DNA of 64,000 nt from an uncultured Gemmatimonadales bacterium (GTDB lineage Bacteria > Gemmatimonadota > Gemmatimonadetes > Longimicrobiales > Gaopeijiaceae). Of the stretch, positions 1-9,180 are shown piece after piece. Made by a program: the position numbers and the translations under genes. Each line of letters begins with the position of its first letter. The first letter of the stretch is position 1. Location: positions 992,001-1,056,000 of the forward strand of contig CAWELD010000003.1 in NCBI GenBank assembly GCA_963809895.1, given 5' to 3'. Under the pieces are notes generated by a model that saw only the letters and a program-made list of their open reading frames with translations, was not told the DNA's origin and made no database searches.

Positions 1-638
1 GCTCGCGCAATGTGCAGCGGGTGCTCAACGTCGAGTACCTGATGTGGCCCGTGACACAGTACGGGCCCCTGGATCAGGTCGGGTTGCCGTGGGTGGATCA
101 GGCCGAGGCGGTCCGGGCGACCCAGATGAGCGGCCAGCTCCACGAGGTCGTCTACCGGCTGCCCACCCTCCCACGGGCCCGCCTGGTGAGCCAGGCCGAG
201 GTGGTGCCGGGGCTGGCAGCGGTGGACCGCATCATGGCAACGGACTTCGACCCGGCCACCACCGCCACCCTCGACGCGCCGTCCCCGTTGCAGCTGGGCG
301 GCGGCACGCCCCAGGGCGAGGTGCGCTGGCAGGAGCGCTCGGTGGACCACATGAGGCTCTCGGTGACCACGGACCGCAACGCGCTCCTGATCGTGGCCGA
401 CAACTGGTACCCGAACTGGCAGGCCGCCGTGGACGGAGCCCCGGCGCCGGTCCTGGAGGCGTACCACACGCTGCGGGCGATCCCCGTGCCCGCCGGCGAG
501 CACGAGGTGACGCTGGACTACACCTGGGGCGGCCCGGTGCGGGCCGGGCTCGGCCTCTCGATCGCCGCCTGGCTCCTGGTGGCGGGCGTGGCGGCCTTCT
601 CCTGGCTGCGGACGCGCAGGCGTGGCGCCGACGCCTGA
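1..638 (+). CDS. YfhO-family membrane protein, C-terminal part (5' truncated by window)
   Basis: C-terminal YfhO-like motif 'LLIVADNWYPNWQAAVDG...LRAIPVPAGEHEV' followed by a terminal TM helix. Confidence 0.75.
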   Translation, partial: SRNVQRVLNVEYLMWPVTQYGPLDQVGLPWVDQAEAVRATQMSGQLHEVVYRLPTLPRARLVSQAEVVPGLAAVDRIMATDFDPATTATLDAPSPLQLGGGTPQGEVRWQERSVDHMRLSVTTDRNALLIVADNWYPNWQAAVDGAPAPVLEAYHTLRAIPVPAGEHEVTLDYTWGGPVRAGLGLSIAAWLLVAGVAAFSWLRTRRRGADA

Positions 639-1626
639 CCGGGGGCGGCTGCCCCGACCCCTGGTCCGGGTGCTCCAGCTCGTCCTCACCGTCCTGGTCA
701 CCTGGTTCGTGGCGGACCGGGTCGGGTTGTCCTTCGGCGAGCTCGGGCGCCTGGACCTGACGCGTTGGCAGGTTCGGTGGCTACCCCTGGTGGGATCCTG
801 CGTCGTCCTGGCCGCGGGCTACGCCATGTCGTCGCTCCTGTGGGGGCGCATGGTCCACGAGCTCGGCGGCCCGCGCCTCCCGCCCTGGACCTCGGTGCGG
901 GTCTTCATGGTGGCCAACCTGGGGCGCTACGTACCGGGCAAGGTCCTGCAGATCGCCGGACTCACCTGGTTGGCCGGCAGGGAAGGGGTGCCACCGGCGG
1001 TGGCGGCCGTGGCCGCCGTCCTGGGACAGGCCGTGGCGCTCCTGGGCGCCACCGTGGTCGGGCTGGGCGCCTTCTTCGGCCCCAATGAGCGTTGGCGGCT
1101 GTGGGGATGGATCGGGTTGGGCCTCGTGGCCATCTTCATCGTGCTCACCAGCCTGCCGGCGACCACGGCGTGGCTCGAGCGCGGGTGGCTCCGCCTGGCC
1201 ACGAGGGGCAAGCCCGCCGACGATATGTCCGCTCCGTCGCTCGGCGGCGGCTTCGGGCTCCGTTGGACCGTGCTGTACGCCGTGAACTGGGGAATCTACG
1301 CCACCGCCTTCTGGCTCCTCTACATGGGGCTGGAGGGCTTCGTGCCCTTCCTGCAGGCGGGGCCGGCCTTCGCGGCGGGCTATGTGGCGGGCTACGTGGC
1401 GGTGTTCGCGCCTGCCGGCGTCGGGGTGCGCGAGGCTTCGCTGGTGGCCTTCCTGGCGCCCGTGCTGGCGCCGGAGCCGGCGTTGGCGCTGGCGGTGGTG
1501 GCCCGCCTGTGGACCACGGCGGTAGAGGTGGTGCCGGCTGCGCTGCTGGCGGCTCGAGGCCGTCGACCGGCGCCGGACGAGGCGCTGCCACGGGAGGGGA
1601 TCGAGACACCGGGAGGTTTGCCTTGA
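622..1626 (+). CDS. Lysylphosphatidylglycerol synthase TM / flippase-like membrane protein
   Basis: Multi-TM; 'NLGRYVPGK' and 'FAPAGVGVRE' motifs. Confidence 0.8.
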   Translation: MAPTPDRGRLPRPLVRVLQLVLTVLVTWFVADRVGLSFGELGRLDLTRWQVRWLPLVGSCVVLAAGYAMSSLLWGRMVHELGGPRLPPWTSVRVFMVANLGRYVPGKVLQIAGLTWLAGREGVPPAVAAVAAVLGQAVALLGATVVGLGAFFGPNERWRLWGWIGLGLVAIFIVLTSLPATTAWLERGWLRLATRGKPADDMSAPSLGGGFGLRWTVLYAVNWGIYATAFWLLYMGLEGFVPFLQAGPAFAAGYVAGYVAVFAPAGVGVREASLVAFLAPVLAPEPALALAVVARLWTTAVEVVPAALLAARGRRPAPDEALPREGIETPGGLP

Positions 1627-1631
1627 AGCTC

Positions 1632-2357
1632 ATGGACGACGACCGCTTCCTGGTGGTCATGCCCACCTACAACGAACGGGAGAACGTCGCCCGCATCGTG
1701 CCCGAGGTGCTGGCGGTGGACCCCCGCTTCGAGATCCTGGTCGTGGACGACAGCTCACCCGACGGCACCGGCGAGGTCGCCGACCAGCTCGCCGCCGCCG
1801 ACCCGCGAGTCCATGTGCTCCACCGCGCTGACAAGGAAGGCCTCGGGAAAGCCTACATCGCCGGGTTCGGGTGGGGCCTGGAGCGGTCGTATCGTCTCGT
1901 CTTCGAGATGGACGCCGACTTCTCGCACCGTCCCGCGGAGCTGCCCTCCTTCCTGGCGCGCGTCCAGGAGGCCGACGTGGTGGTCGGTTCCCGCTACGTC
2001 GACGGGCGCGTCACGGTCATGAACTGGCCGCTCAGCCGTCTGCTCATCTCGGTCTTCGGAAGCTGGTACGCCCGTACCATCACGCGGCTGCCGGTGCGCG
2101 ACGCCACGGGGGGATTCAACTGCTTCCGGCGCGAGGTCCTGGAGGCGCTGGACCTGTCGCGCATCCAGTCCAACGGCTACGCCTTCCAGATCGAGATCAA
2201 GCTGAGGGCCTGGCGCAAGGGATTCCGGCTCAAGGAGATCCCCATCGTGTTCACCGAGCGGGACACCGGTGAGTCCAAGATGTCGAAGCGAATCGTGCGG
2301 GAGGCGGTGTGGAGGGTGTGGAAGCTTCGGGTCCTGGATCTCTTCGGTCGCCTGTAG
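1632..2357 (+). CDS. Polyprenol monophosphomannose synthase (GT2, Dpm1-like)
   Basis: 'PTYNERENV', 'VDDSSPDGT', 'EMDADFSH', 'SNGYAFQIE'; ATG at 1632 within the longer ORF. Confidence 0.9.
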   Translation: MDDDRFLVVMPTYNERENVARIVPEVLAVDPRFEILVVDDSSPDGTGEVADQLAAADPRVHVLHRADKEGLGKAYIAGFGWGLERSYRLVFEMDADFSHRPAELPSFLARVQEADVVVGSRYVDGRVTVMNWPLSRLLISVFGSWYARTITRLPVRDATGGFNCFRREVLEALDLSRIQSNGYAFQIEIKLRAWRKGFRLKEIPIVFTERDTGESKMSKRIVREAVWRVWKLRVLDLFGRL

Positions 2358-2369
2358 CGGGGCGCCCGC

Positions 2370-3011
2370 ATGCCCCTCTGGCACCTCCTGTACCGCTGTC
2401 CGCTGTGCGGATACGACGGCCCCCGTGGGCGGCGGGACAGGGCGAGCTGTCCGGGCTGTGGCGCGCGCTTCCGGCGTCGACCCGGCGCGCGAATCGAGCT
2501 GCGTCCCCCCGGAGCGCCGGTGCGCACGGTGGAGGCCGCCGAGGCACTCCGGCTCCTGGGCACCCTGGGCGGGGCCGAGACCGATCCTCCCGGGCAGCCG
2601 TTGGCCACCCGGGCGCTGACGGCGTCGCTGGAGCGGGAAGATGCGGTGCGACAGCGCGGGTCCGTGATGGGATTCGTGGAACGTCCGCCGCGCGGGGTGC
2701 CGGGTCTGCTGACGCTGGAGTGGGAGGCGCTCACCTTCGCCCCCGACGACGGGGGGGAAGGGGCGCCGGCACGCTGGCCGCTGGCCGAGATCCGTGGCCT
2801 TCAGGTGGCCTCGGGGGCACTTCAGGTCCAGGTCGGCAAGTATCTGCCCCACATGGAGTTCCAGCTCGTGGACGCGTCCCCGCTTCGCTGGGAGACCCTC
2901 CTGCAGAGACGCATCTCGCGGCTGTGGCGGGAGCTGGGGTGGGGCAGGGTCGTGGAGTTCCAGCCCAGGGTGCTCGTCGACATGGGCCCGGCGGGTGGAT
3001 GGGATCCATGA
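2370..3011 (+). CDS. Hypothetical protein with N-terminal CxxC...CxxC zinc ribbon
   Basis: 'LYRCPLCG...CPGCG'; sits in the operon and overlaps the next start. Confidence 0.6.
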   Translation: MPLWHLLYRCPLCGYDGPRGRRDRASCPGCGARFRRRPGARIELRPPGAPVRTVEAAEALRLLGTLGGAETDPPGQPLATRALTASLEREDAVRQRGSVMGFVERPPRGVPGLLTLEWEALTFAPDDGGEGAPARWPLAEIRGLQVASGALQVQVGKYLPHMEFQLVDASPLRWETLLQRRISRLWRELGWGRVVEFQPRVLVDMGPAGGWDP

Positions 3012-3640
3012 CCGCGTACGGAGCCGCGCGAGCCCTGGCGCGTCTGGTCCTGCCCCTTCGGGTACGGCTGGCGGTGCGCGGCGCCCGTCACGTGCCGGTC
3101 ACGGGCCCGGCGCTCCTGGTCATCAACCACCGCAGCCTCATGGATGCCGTGGTCTCGCAGGTGGCGTGCCCACGCCCGGTGCGGGCCATGGCCAAGAGCA
3201 CCCAGTTCCGTCGCGGCTCCATGGCCAGACTTCTGCTGGCCCTGGGCGCCTTTCCGGTGCGTCGTTACCGGGTGGATCCCCAGGCCGTGCGCACGACGCT
3301 GAGGCTCCTGGACGCCGGCGAGATGGTCGCCGTCTACCCCGAGGGCGAACGCTCGTGGGACGGGCGGCTGCAGCCCTTCCGCCTCGGCACGCTGCGCCTC
3401 CTCCTGGCCGCCGACGTGCCGGTGGTGCCCTGCGTGGTGTCGGGGAGCTACGAGCTGTGGCCCCGCTGGAGCCGGCGAATCGGTCGCGGGCCGGTCACCG
3501 TGCGCTTCGGACGGCCCCTCCGTTTCGGACCGCATCCGGACCGCGCCAGCCGGGACCGAGCACTGCCGGGCGCCCGTCGGCGCCTGCTGGCGACCTTTCA
3601 CGAGCTGGGTGCGCCCGGCGCATCGACGGTGAGGGTATGA
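3008..3640 (+). CDS. 1-acyl-sn-glycerol-3-phosphate acyltransferase (PlsC family)
   Basis: 'NHRSLMD' (HxxxxD) and 'YPEGERS' motifs. Confidence 0.85.
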   Translation: MTAYGAARALARLVLPLRVRLAVRGARHVPVTGPALLVINHRSLMDAVVSQVACPRPVRAMAKSTQFRRGSMARLLLALGAFPVRRYRVDPQAVRTTLRLLDAGEMVAVYPEGERSWDGRLQPFRLGTLRLLLAADVPVVPCVVSGSYELWPRWSRRIGRGPVTVRFGRPLRFGPHPDRASRDRALPGARRRLLATFHELGAPGASTVRV

Positions 3641-4338
3641 GCGACGAGCGCATCGGCAAGGACTACTACGACTCCAGCTCGTACTTCGACGGTGACACCG
3701 GGCACCTGACCGACATGGACAGCCCGTTCCAGCAGTATCGGATCGGCAAGGTCCTGGGCATCTGGGAGCCCGGCAGGGAAGAGCGCATCGTGGACCTGGG
3801 CTGCGGCTGGGGCACCTTCGAGTTCGCCCTGGCGCACCGCGTGGCCGAGGTGGTGGGCGTCGATTTCTCGGAGAAGAGCGTCGAGCTGTGCCGGGCGCGG
3901 CTCGAGCGGGATCCCCGACCCAACGTGCGCTTCGTGTGCGCGGACGCGGGCGATACCGGCCTGGAGGGCGGCGCCTGGGACCTGGTCATCGCGGCCGACC
4001 TCTTCGAGCACCTCTATCCCGAGGACTCGGAGCGCGTGGTGCGCGAAGCCTTCCGCCTCCTGCGTCCGGGGGGCCGGTTCAGCGTGTGGACGCCTCACCG
4101 GGGCCACTTCCTCGAGATCCTCAAGAACAACCACGTCCTCCTGAAGCCCGATCCCACCCACGTGGACTACAAGTCGCTTCCGCGCATGAAGGGCATGCTG
4201 CAGGACGCCGGCTTCGTGGTGGAGAAGGCCTACTACGCCGAGTCCCACCTTCCGGTGCTGCAGGGGCTCGAGCGCATGCTCCTGCCGTACATGCCGCTGC
4301 TCCGCCGCCGGGTCGCCGTGCTGGGGCGGAAGCCGTAG
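3637..4338 (+). CDS. Class I SAM-dependent methyltransferase
   Basis: 'VDLGCGWG' motif I, 'DLFEHL', 'LLRPGG'; ATGA overlap with the upstream gene. Confidence 0.85.
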   Translation: MSDERIGKDYYDSSSYFDGDTGHLTDMDSPFQQYRIGKVLGIWEPGREERIVDLGCGWGTFEFALAHRVAEVVGVDFSEKSVELCRARLERDPRPNVRFVCADAGDTGLEGGAWDLVIAADLFEHLYPEDSERVVREAFRLLRPGGRFSVWTPHRGHFLEILKNNHVLLKPDPTHVDYKSLPRMKGMLQDAGFVVEKAYYAESHLPVLQGLERMLLPYMPLLRRRVAVLGRKP

Positions 4339-4430
4339 GACGACCGGACAAGGGATCCCCCCGCGGAGCCCGTGGTATCTTGCAGTGTCCCGGCCCTCCC
4401 GCCCCGGATCCCCCCCCGCGCCGCCTGCCC

Positions 4431-6080
4431 ATGCGATTCCCCCGGTCCCTCCGCACCCTCGCCCCCGTCCTGATCGGTCTCGCCGTCACAGGAGCGTCCT
4501 CGGCCCGCGCGCCCGCTCCCGGGTCAGCGCCGGCCCGTGGCGACGCCCCACCCGGCCGTCAGGTGACGCAGCCCCCGCGACTGCTGGTGTTCATGGTCGT
4601 GGACCAGCTCCCGGCGTACCTGCTGGAGCGCTACGACGACCTCTTCACCGGAGGGCTCCGGCGTCTCCTGGACCGCGGCCGTGTCTTCACGCAGACGACC
4701 CACGACCACGCGGTCACCGAAACCACCCCGGGCCACGCCACGCTGTCCACCGGGACCTTCCCGTCGCACAGCGGCATGGTCTCGAACCAGTGGTGGGAAC
4801 AGGAAGGGACGGGGGGGCAGTGGACCGCCGTCCTCAACGTGGTGGATACCGATACCCGCATCGTCGGAGCGCCCACCGTGGCCGGGGCGTCGCCTGGAAA
4901 GCTGCTGCGCTCCGGGTTGGCCGAGTGGCTGACCACGGCCCTCCCGGACGCCAGGATCGTCTCGGTGAGCGCCAAGGACCGTGCGGCGGTCCTCCTGGCC
5001 GCCAGGAGCCCGGCGCAGGTGGCGTGGTTCGAGCCGGAGCTGGGCCGCTTCGCCACCTCGACCTTCTACGGCGACCGTGACCCTGATTGGCTCGCCACCT
5101 TCAACCACGACGAGCTCCCGGCCCTGGCCGGCGATTCGGTGTGGCGCAGCACGGTGCCCCGGGAGCTGGCCGCTCGCTCACGGCCCGACACCGCCGCCTA
5201 CGAAGGCGACGGCGTGCTCACCAGCTTTCCACACCGCTACCTCGACGCCGTGGGCCGGGTAGCGGACCTTGAGTTCTGGCCGTGGTGGGCGGGCACGCCC
5301 ATGCTCGACGAGGCGACGCTGGCGTTGGCGCAGCGTGCCGTCACGGCGCGTCAGCTCGGGCAGGACGAGGTGCCGGACATGCTGGCGGTCTCGCTCAGCC
5401 AGACGGACCGGGTGGGTCACGCCTACGGGCCCTACAGCCGCGAACAGCTCGACAACCTGCTGCGCCTGGACCGGGAGCTGGGCGCCTTCTTCGACTGGCT
5501 GGACACCGAAGTGGGGCAGGACCGCTGGCTCGTGTCGTTCTCGTCGGACCACGGTGTGTCCCCGGACCCGGAGGCCCTCACCGCCGAAGGGACGCAGGCG
5601 ACCCGGCTCACCACCGCCGACGGCGCCGCGTTGCAGCAGGCGCTGGACCGGTCGGCCCGTGTCGCGAACGGAAACCGAGCGCTGCTCGCCGACAGCCTCG
5701 CCGCGGCGGTGCGGCAGATTCCGTGGGTCGCGCGCGCCTGGACCGACCGGGACCTCACGGAGACCGCCCCCGCGGACTCCTTCGCGGTGCTCGAGCGCCA
5801 CTCCTTCTACCCGGGGCGTCCCCAGGGGCTGCTCAGCCGACTCGGGGTGGAGATGCAGCTCCAGCCCCACGTCCTCACCTGGGGATACCAGCACGGCACG
5901 GGGCACGGCTCACCCTACTACTACGACCGTCACGTGCCCTTCATCGTCATGGGTCCCGGCGTGGTCTCCGGCAAGGATCCCGCCCGGGTGTCCACCACCG
6001 ACGTGGCGCCGACCCTGGCGCTGATCCTGGGGATTCCCGCGCCCGCCGATCTGGACGGGGTGGGGCGGCCCGTCCGCTAG
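4431..6080 (+). CDS. Alkaline phosphatase family protein (PafA/nucleotide pyrophosphatase-like), secreted
   Basis: Signal peptide; 'VVDQ', 'TETTPGHATLSTG', 'DRVGHAYGP', 'SDHG', 'HGSPYYYDRHVP'. Confidence 0.85.
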   Translation: MRFPRSLRTLAPVLIGLAVTGASSARAPAPGSAPARGDAPPGRQVTQPPRLLVFMVVDQLPAYLLERYDDLFTGGLRRLLDRGRVFTQTTHDHAVTETTPGHATLSTGTFPSHSGMVSNQWWEQEGTGGQWTAVLNVVDTDTRIVGAPTVAGASPGKLLRSGLAEWLTTALPDARIVSVSAKDRAAVLLAARSPAQVAWFEPELGRFATSTFYGDRDPDWLATFNHDELPALAGDSVWRSTVPRELAARSRPDTAAYEGDGVLTSFPHRYLDAVGRVADLEFWPWWAGTPMLDEATLALAQRAVTARQLGQDEVPDMLAVSLSQTDRVGHAYGPYSREQLDNLLRLDRELGAFFDWLDTEVGQDRWLVSFSSDHGVSPDPEALTAEGTQATRLTTADGAALQQALDRSARVANGNRALLADSLAAAVRQIPWVARAWTDRDLTETAPADSFAVLERHSFYPGRPQGLLSRLGVEMQLQPHVLTWGYQHGTGHGSPYYYDRHVPFIVMGPGVVSGKDPARVSTTDVAPTLALILGIPAPADLDGVGRPVR

Positions 6081-6106
6081 CGCCGGGTCGCCGGGCCCGA
6101 CGGACC

Positions 6107-7177
6107 TCAAGTCCCCTTCTTGGCCAGCCCGCGCAGGGAGCGGAGCTCGGCGGCCCGCACCAGTGCGCCCGCTTCGGCCCGGATGGCGTCGAGAATGGCG
6201 CCCGCGGGCACCTCGTCGGGCACGCGCACCAGATATTCCAGGATCGAGACTCCGTCGTGGCCGGGAATGACCTCGGCCAGGCTCCAGCGCAGGGCCATGC
6301 GCTCCAGGATGGGCTCCACGGCAGCCTGCGCTCCGCCCGCCTCGGCCGTGTAGATCATGAGCACGGAGTAGCGCTTCCGCTCCTTTCTGGACGAGCTCTC
6401 CGCCTCGAGGTAGCGGCGCGTGCGCGCCATGCGGTCGGCCACCTCCGTCACCTCGGTGGGGGACATGGCGGCGACCAGCCGGGAATCGCCGATGGCCATG
6501 GCGGTGCGGGCCGACTCGGGGCCCGCCACGGCGTCCCCCAGGCGGATCTTGCCTCCGTGGCGGAACTGGTCGGCGTAGATGTTGCCGAAGTTCATGCGCC
6601 ACAGGATCAGGTTGACCCCGTTGAACACCAGGGAGAGCACCGCGGCCACGCCCAGCGCCTGCACGCCCGACGCCAGGCCCACGCCGATGGCCAGGAAGAC
6701 GTAGACCGCGTCCTTGGTGTCGTCCAGCGTGGTTCGGAAGCGCACCGCCGCCACGATCCCGGCCAGACTGAACGCGAGGGGCAGGCTGCCGCGCACGATG
6801 AGGACGATGCCGGTGACCGCGATGGGGAGAATCAGCAGCGTGTGCACCACCGACTCGTCGTAGCCCGAGCGCCGCTTGATGATGGTGTAGGTCCACGCAA
6901 CCGGGATCATGATCACCAGCGCCCCGAGCAGCGACAGACCGGCGATGACCACACCGGCCCATCCCAGATGGATCGTCCCCTCGGGAACCTGGCCTGCCAG
7001 GGTACGGGTGATCTCGCCGCCTGCATCGACGAGACGGCCCAGCGTCAGGAACTGGTTGAAGGCCGGAAGGCGCCACACGAGTGCGGCCACGACCAGGCCC
7101 ACGGCGACGTAGTAGCCGACGATCCGCCCCAGGGTAGGGCGGCGGAGCACCGCGGCGGCCTGATCGTCTCCGCTCAT
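6107..7177 (-). CDS. DUF4956-type membrane protein
   Basis: 'SLPLAFSLAGIVAAVRFRTTLDDTKDAVYVF' signature. Confidence 0.7.
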   Translation of the reverse strand: MSGDDQAAAVLRRPTLGRIVGYYVAVGLVVAALVWRLPAFNQFLTLGRLVDAGGEITRTLAGQVPEGTIHLGWAGVVIAGLSLLGALVIMIPVAWTYTIIKRRSGYDESVVHTLLILPIAVTGIVLIVRGSLPLAFSLAGIVAAVRFRTTLDDTKDAVYVFLAIGVGLASGVQALGVAAVLSLVFNGVNLILWRMNFGNIYADQFRHGGKIRLGDAVAGPESARTAMAIGDSRLVAAMSPTEVTEVADRMARTRRYLEAESSSRKERKRYSVLMIYTAEAGGAQAAVEPILERMALRWSLAEVIPGHDGVSILEYLVRVPDEVPAGAILDAIRAEAGALVRAAELRSLRGLAKKGT

Positions 7178-7593
7178 GGGTCTCCGAATTCCGCCAGCAG
7201 GCGATCGTCGTGGAAATCCGCCTGCTCGGAGGTCCACAACAGCAGGTCCACCACCTCACCCGGATCCAGATCCTCCAGGGGCCGACCCGACGTCAACCAG
7301 ACCACGCCGACCTCGTCGGCCGAGAACGATGCCCGCCCGCGGAAGTCGTGATTCAGCGCGAGAAGCCTGGAGAAGAGGGCACCGCGCCGTGACGGATCGT
7401 CGGGAACGTCCATGATGCGCAGCCGCACGACCAGGAGCAGCTCGTTCGGATCGTCCTCGTTGGGCTCGACCGAGACGAAGCCCTCGGCGGAGCCGCGCTG
7501 GATGGGCTCGTGCAGCCCTGTGGCTGCCGTTCCGTCGTCGAGCCGCTCGGTGATGAGCGCCACCAGATCGAGAAGGGCGTGGATTCCGGCCAT
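7174..7593 (-). CDS. YbjN/CesT-like chaperone-fold protein
   Basis: Small acidic protein; 'QRGSA', 'LFSRLLALNH', 'LEDLDPGE' resemble the YbjN/T3SS-chaperone family. Confidence 0.55.
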   Translation of the reverse strand: MAGIHALLDLVALITERLDDGTAATGLHEPIQRGSAEGFVSVEPNEDDPNELLLVVRLRIMDVPDDPSRRGALFSRLLALNHDFRGRASFSADEVGVVWLTSGRPLEDLDPGEVVDLLLWTSEQADFHDDRLLAEFGDP

Positions 7594-7703
7594 GGCGCGC
7601 AAGATCGGACCCAGCCACGCGCGAAACAAGGGTGATGCCGGGGCAGTGAGGGGCCGTCGCCGGTCCACGACCTCCTCCCGAGAAGCCATCCCGGTCTTTC
7701 CCC

Positions 7704-7731
7704 ACTTTACATAATGTGTATTATACGTACC
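7704..7731 (-). other. dif: dif site (XerC/XerD chromosome dimer resolution)
   Basis: Minus strand GGTACGTATAA-TACACA-TTATGTAAAGT, 11-6-11 layout closely matching E. coli dif GGTGCGCATAA-TGTATA-TTATGTTAAAT; intergenic AT-rich patch. Confidence 0.85.
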
Positions 7732-7760
7732 TGGGGAGAACTGTGGACAAGTGTGGAAAG
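7732..7760 (-). promoter_or_regulatory. Tandem DnaA-box-like 9-mers beside dif
   Basis: Minus strand TTCTCCCCA (7732-7740), TTGTCCACA (7742-7750), CTTTCCACA (7752-7760) at 10-bp period; consensus TTATCCACA. Confidence 0.5.
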
Positions 7761-7820
7761 GCCCTCAGATCCCCTCAGAGCGGTTTTCTCCGGTCGCCCC
7801 CGGGTGTCACACCCCCAATG

Positions 7821-8072
7821 TCAGACCCGTCGATCGACCGGATCGCGGCGCACCTTCCCGGCACGACCGAGAAACGCGACGGTGAGCGCCACGACCAGCA
7901 CGAGCGCGGCGAACGAGATCACCATCAGATGGAACGGACTCGTCAGCACGTGGTGCACCGCCTCGCCCAGCGAACCGTAGTGACCGTGATGCCCAGGATG
8001 GGCCCACACGGGCCGGGCCATGGCCAGGATCGCCAGGAGCGCCATCGAAAAGCCTCGCCTCAGGTACCGCAT
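7821..8072 (-). CDS. Small His-rich membrane protein resembling the HupE/UreJ N-terminus
   Basis: Signal peptide, 'AHPGHHGH', 'HHVLTSPFHL', one TM helix; directly downstream of hypE with a GGAGGA RBS. Confidence 0.6.
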   Translation of the reverse strand: MRYLRRGFSMALLAILAMARPVWAHPGHHGHYGSLGEAVHHVLTSPFHLMVISFAALVLVVALTVAFLGRAGKVRRDPVDRRV

Positions 8073-8099
8073 GGGTTCCTCCTGTGAGAAGTGCGACGG

Positions 8100-9176
8100 T
8101 CAGCAGATTCGTGGGAGCTGATCGCCCGACAACAGATCCACGACGCGAGAGCCGCCGAGTCCGGTGCGCAGCACGACCATTCCCGGGTGCTCCGCCACCA
8201 CGCGGCCGATGCGCGCCGCACCGCTGCCCAGCGGATGGCTCTGCAAGAGATCCAGGGCGAGATCGGCCGCCTCGGGCGCCACCACTGCGGTGAGAATGCC
8301 CTCGTTCGCCACGTACAGCGGATCCAGCCCCAGGATGTCGGCCGCCGCCTGCACCGTGGACGGCACGGGCACCGCCCCGTCCTCGAGCTCCACGCCGACC
8401 CCGCTGGAGGCGGCGATCTCGTTGAGGGCGCTGGCGAGCCCGCCGCGGGTCGGATCCCGCAACGTACGCACGCTCGCGCCCAGCTCCTGGCGCAGCACGG
8501 CCACCAACGGCGCCAGATTGGCCGTATCGCTGGTGATCTCCGACTCGAAGGCGAATCCCTCGCGCACGGCCATGATCGCCATGCCGTGGCGGCCCAGTGG
8601 ACCGCTCACGAGCACGGTGTCTCCGGGCCGGGCCGCCGTGGGATCGGGCCGGAAGCCGTCGTGGAGAATCCCCACCCCGGTGGTGTTGATGAACATCCCG
8701 TCGGCCTTGCCCCGCTCCACCACCTTGGTGTCACCCGTGACCAACTCCACGCCGGCGCGCCGGGCGGCCTCCGCCATGGCGTCCAACACGCGCTCCAGCA
8801 CGTCCATGGGCAGGCCTTCCTCGAGGATGAAGCCCGCCGACAGGTACCGCGGCGTGGCGCCCATCATGGCCAGGTCGTTCAACGTGCCGTGCACGGCCAG
8901 GTGCCCGATGTTGCCACCCGGGAACTCCAGCGGGCTCACCACGAAGCTGTCGGTGGACATGACGATCTCGCTGCCGGTCACCGGGATCACCGCACCGTCT
9001 CCGAGGCGGTCCAGCAACGGGTTGCCGAAGCGCGGCAGGAAGTGGTCGCGCAGGAGCTGGCCACTCATCTTGCCACCGGAGCCGTGGCCCAGTTGTACAC
9101 GGTCGTAAGTGCCACGCGGGACAGGACATACGGGACCGCCATTCAGAGACGGCTTCACGTCTGTTCCGTGACCCAT
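8100..9176 (-). CDS. hypE: Hydrogenase maturation protein HypE
   Basis: 'GHGSGG', 'STDSFVV', 'GDTKVV', 'RDPTRGG', C-terminal 'QLPRIC'. Confidence 0.97.
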   Translation of the reverse strand: MGHGTDVKPSLNGGPVCPVPRGTYDRVQLGHGSGGKMSGQLLRDHFLPRFGNPLLDRLGDGAVIPVTGSEIVMSTDSFVVSPLEFPGGNIGHLAVHGTLNDLAMMGATPRYLSAGFILEEGLPMDVLERVLDAMAEAARRAGVELVTGDTKVVERGKADGMFINTTGVGILHDGFRPDPTAARPGDTVLVSGPLGRHGMAIMAVREGFAFESEITSDTANLAPLVAVLRQELGASVRTLRDPTRGGLASALNEIAASSGVGVELEDGAVPVPSTVQAAADILGLDPLYVANEGILTAVVAPEAADLALDLLQSHPLGSGAARIGRVVAEHPGMVVLRTGLGGSRVVDLLSGDQLPRIC

Positions 9177-9180
9177 GGCC

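Noticed and set aside
7690..7760. oriC
   Set aside because: The AT-rich core matches dif rather than a DUE, there is no dnaA/dnaN nearby, and genes converge rather than diverge
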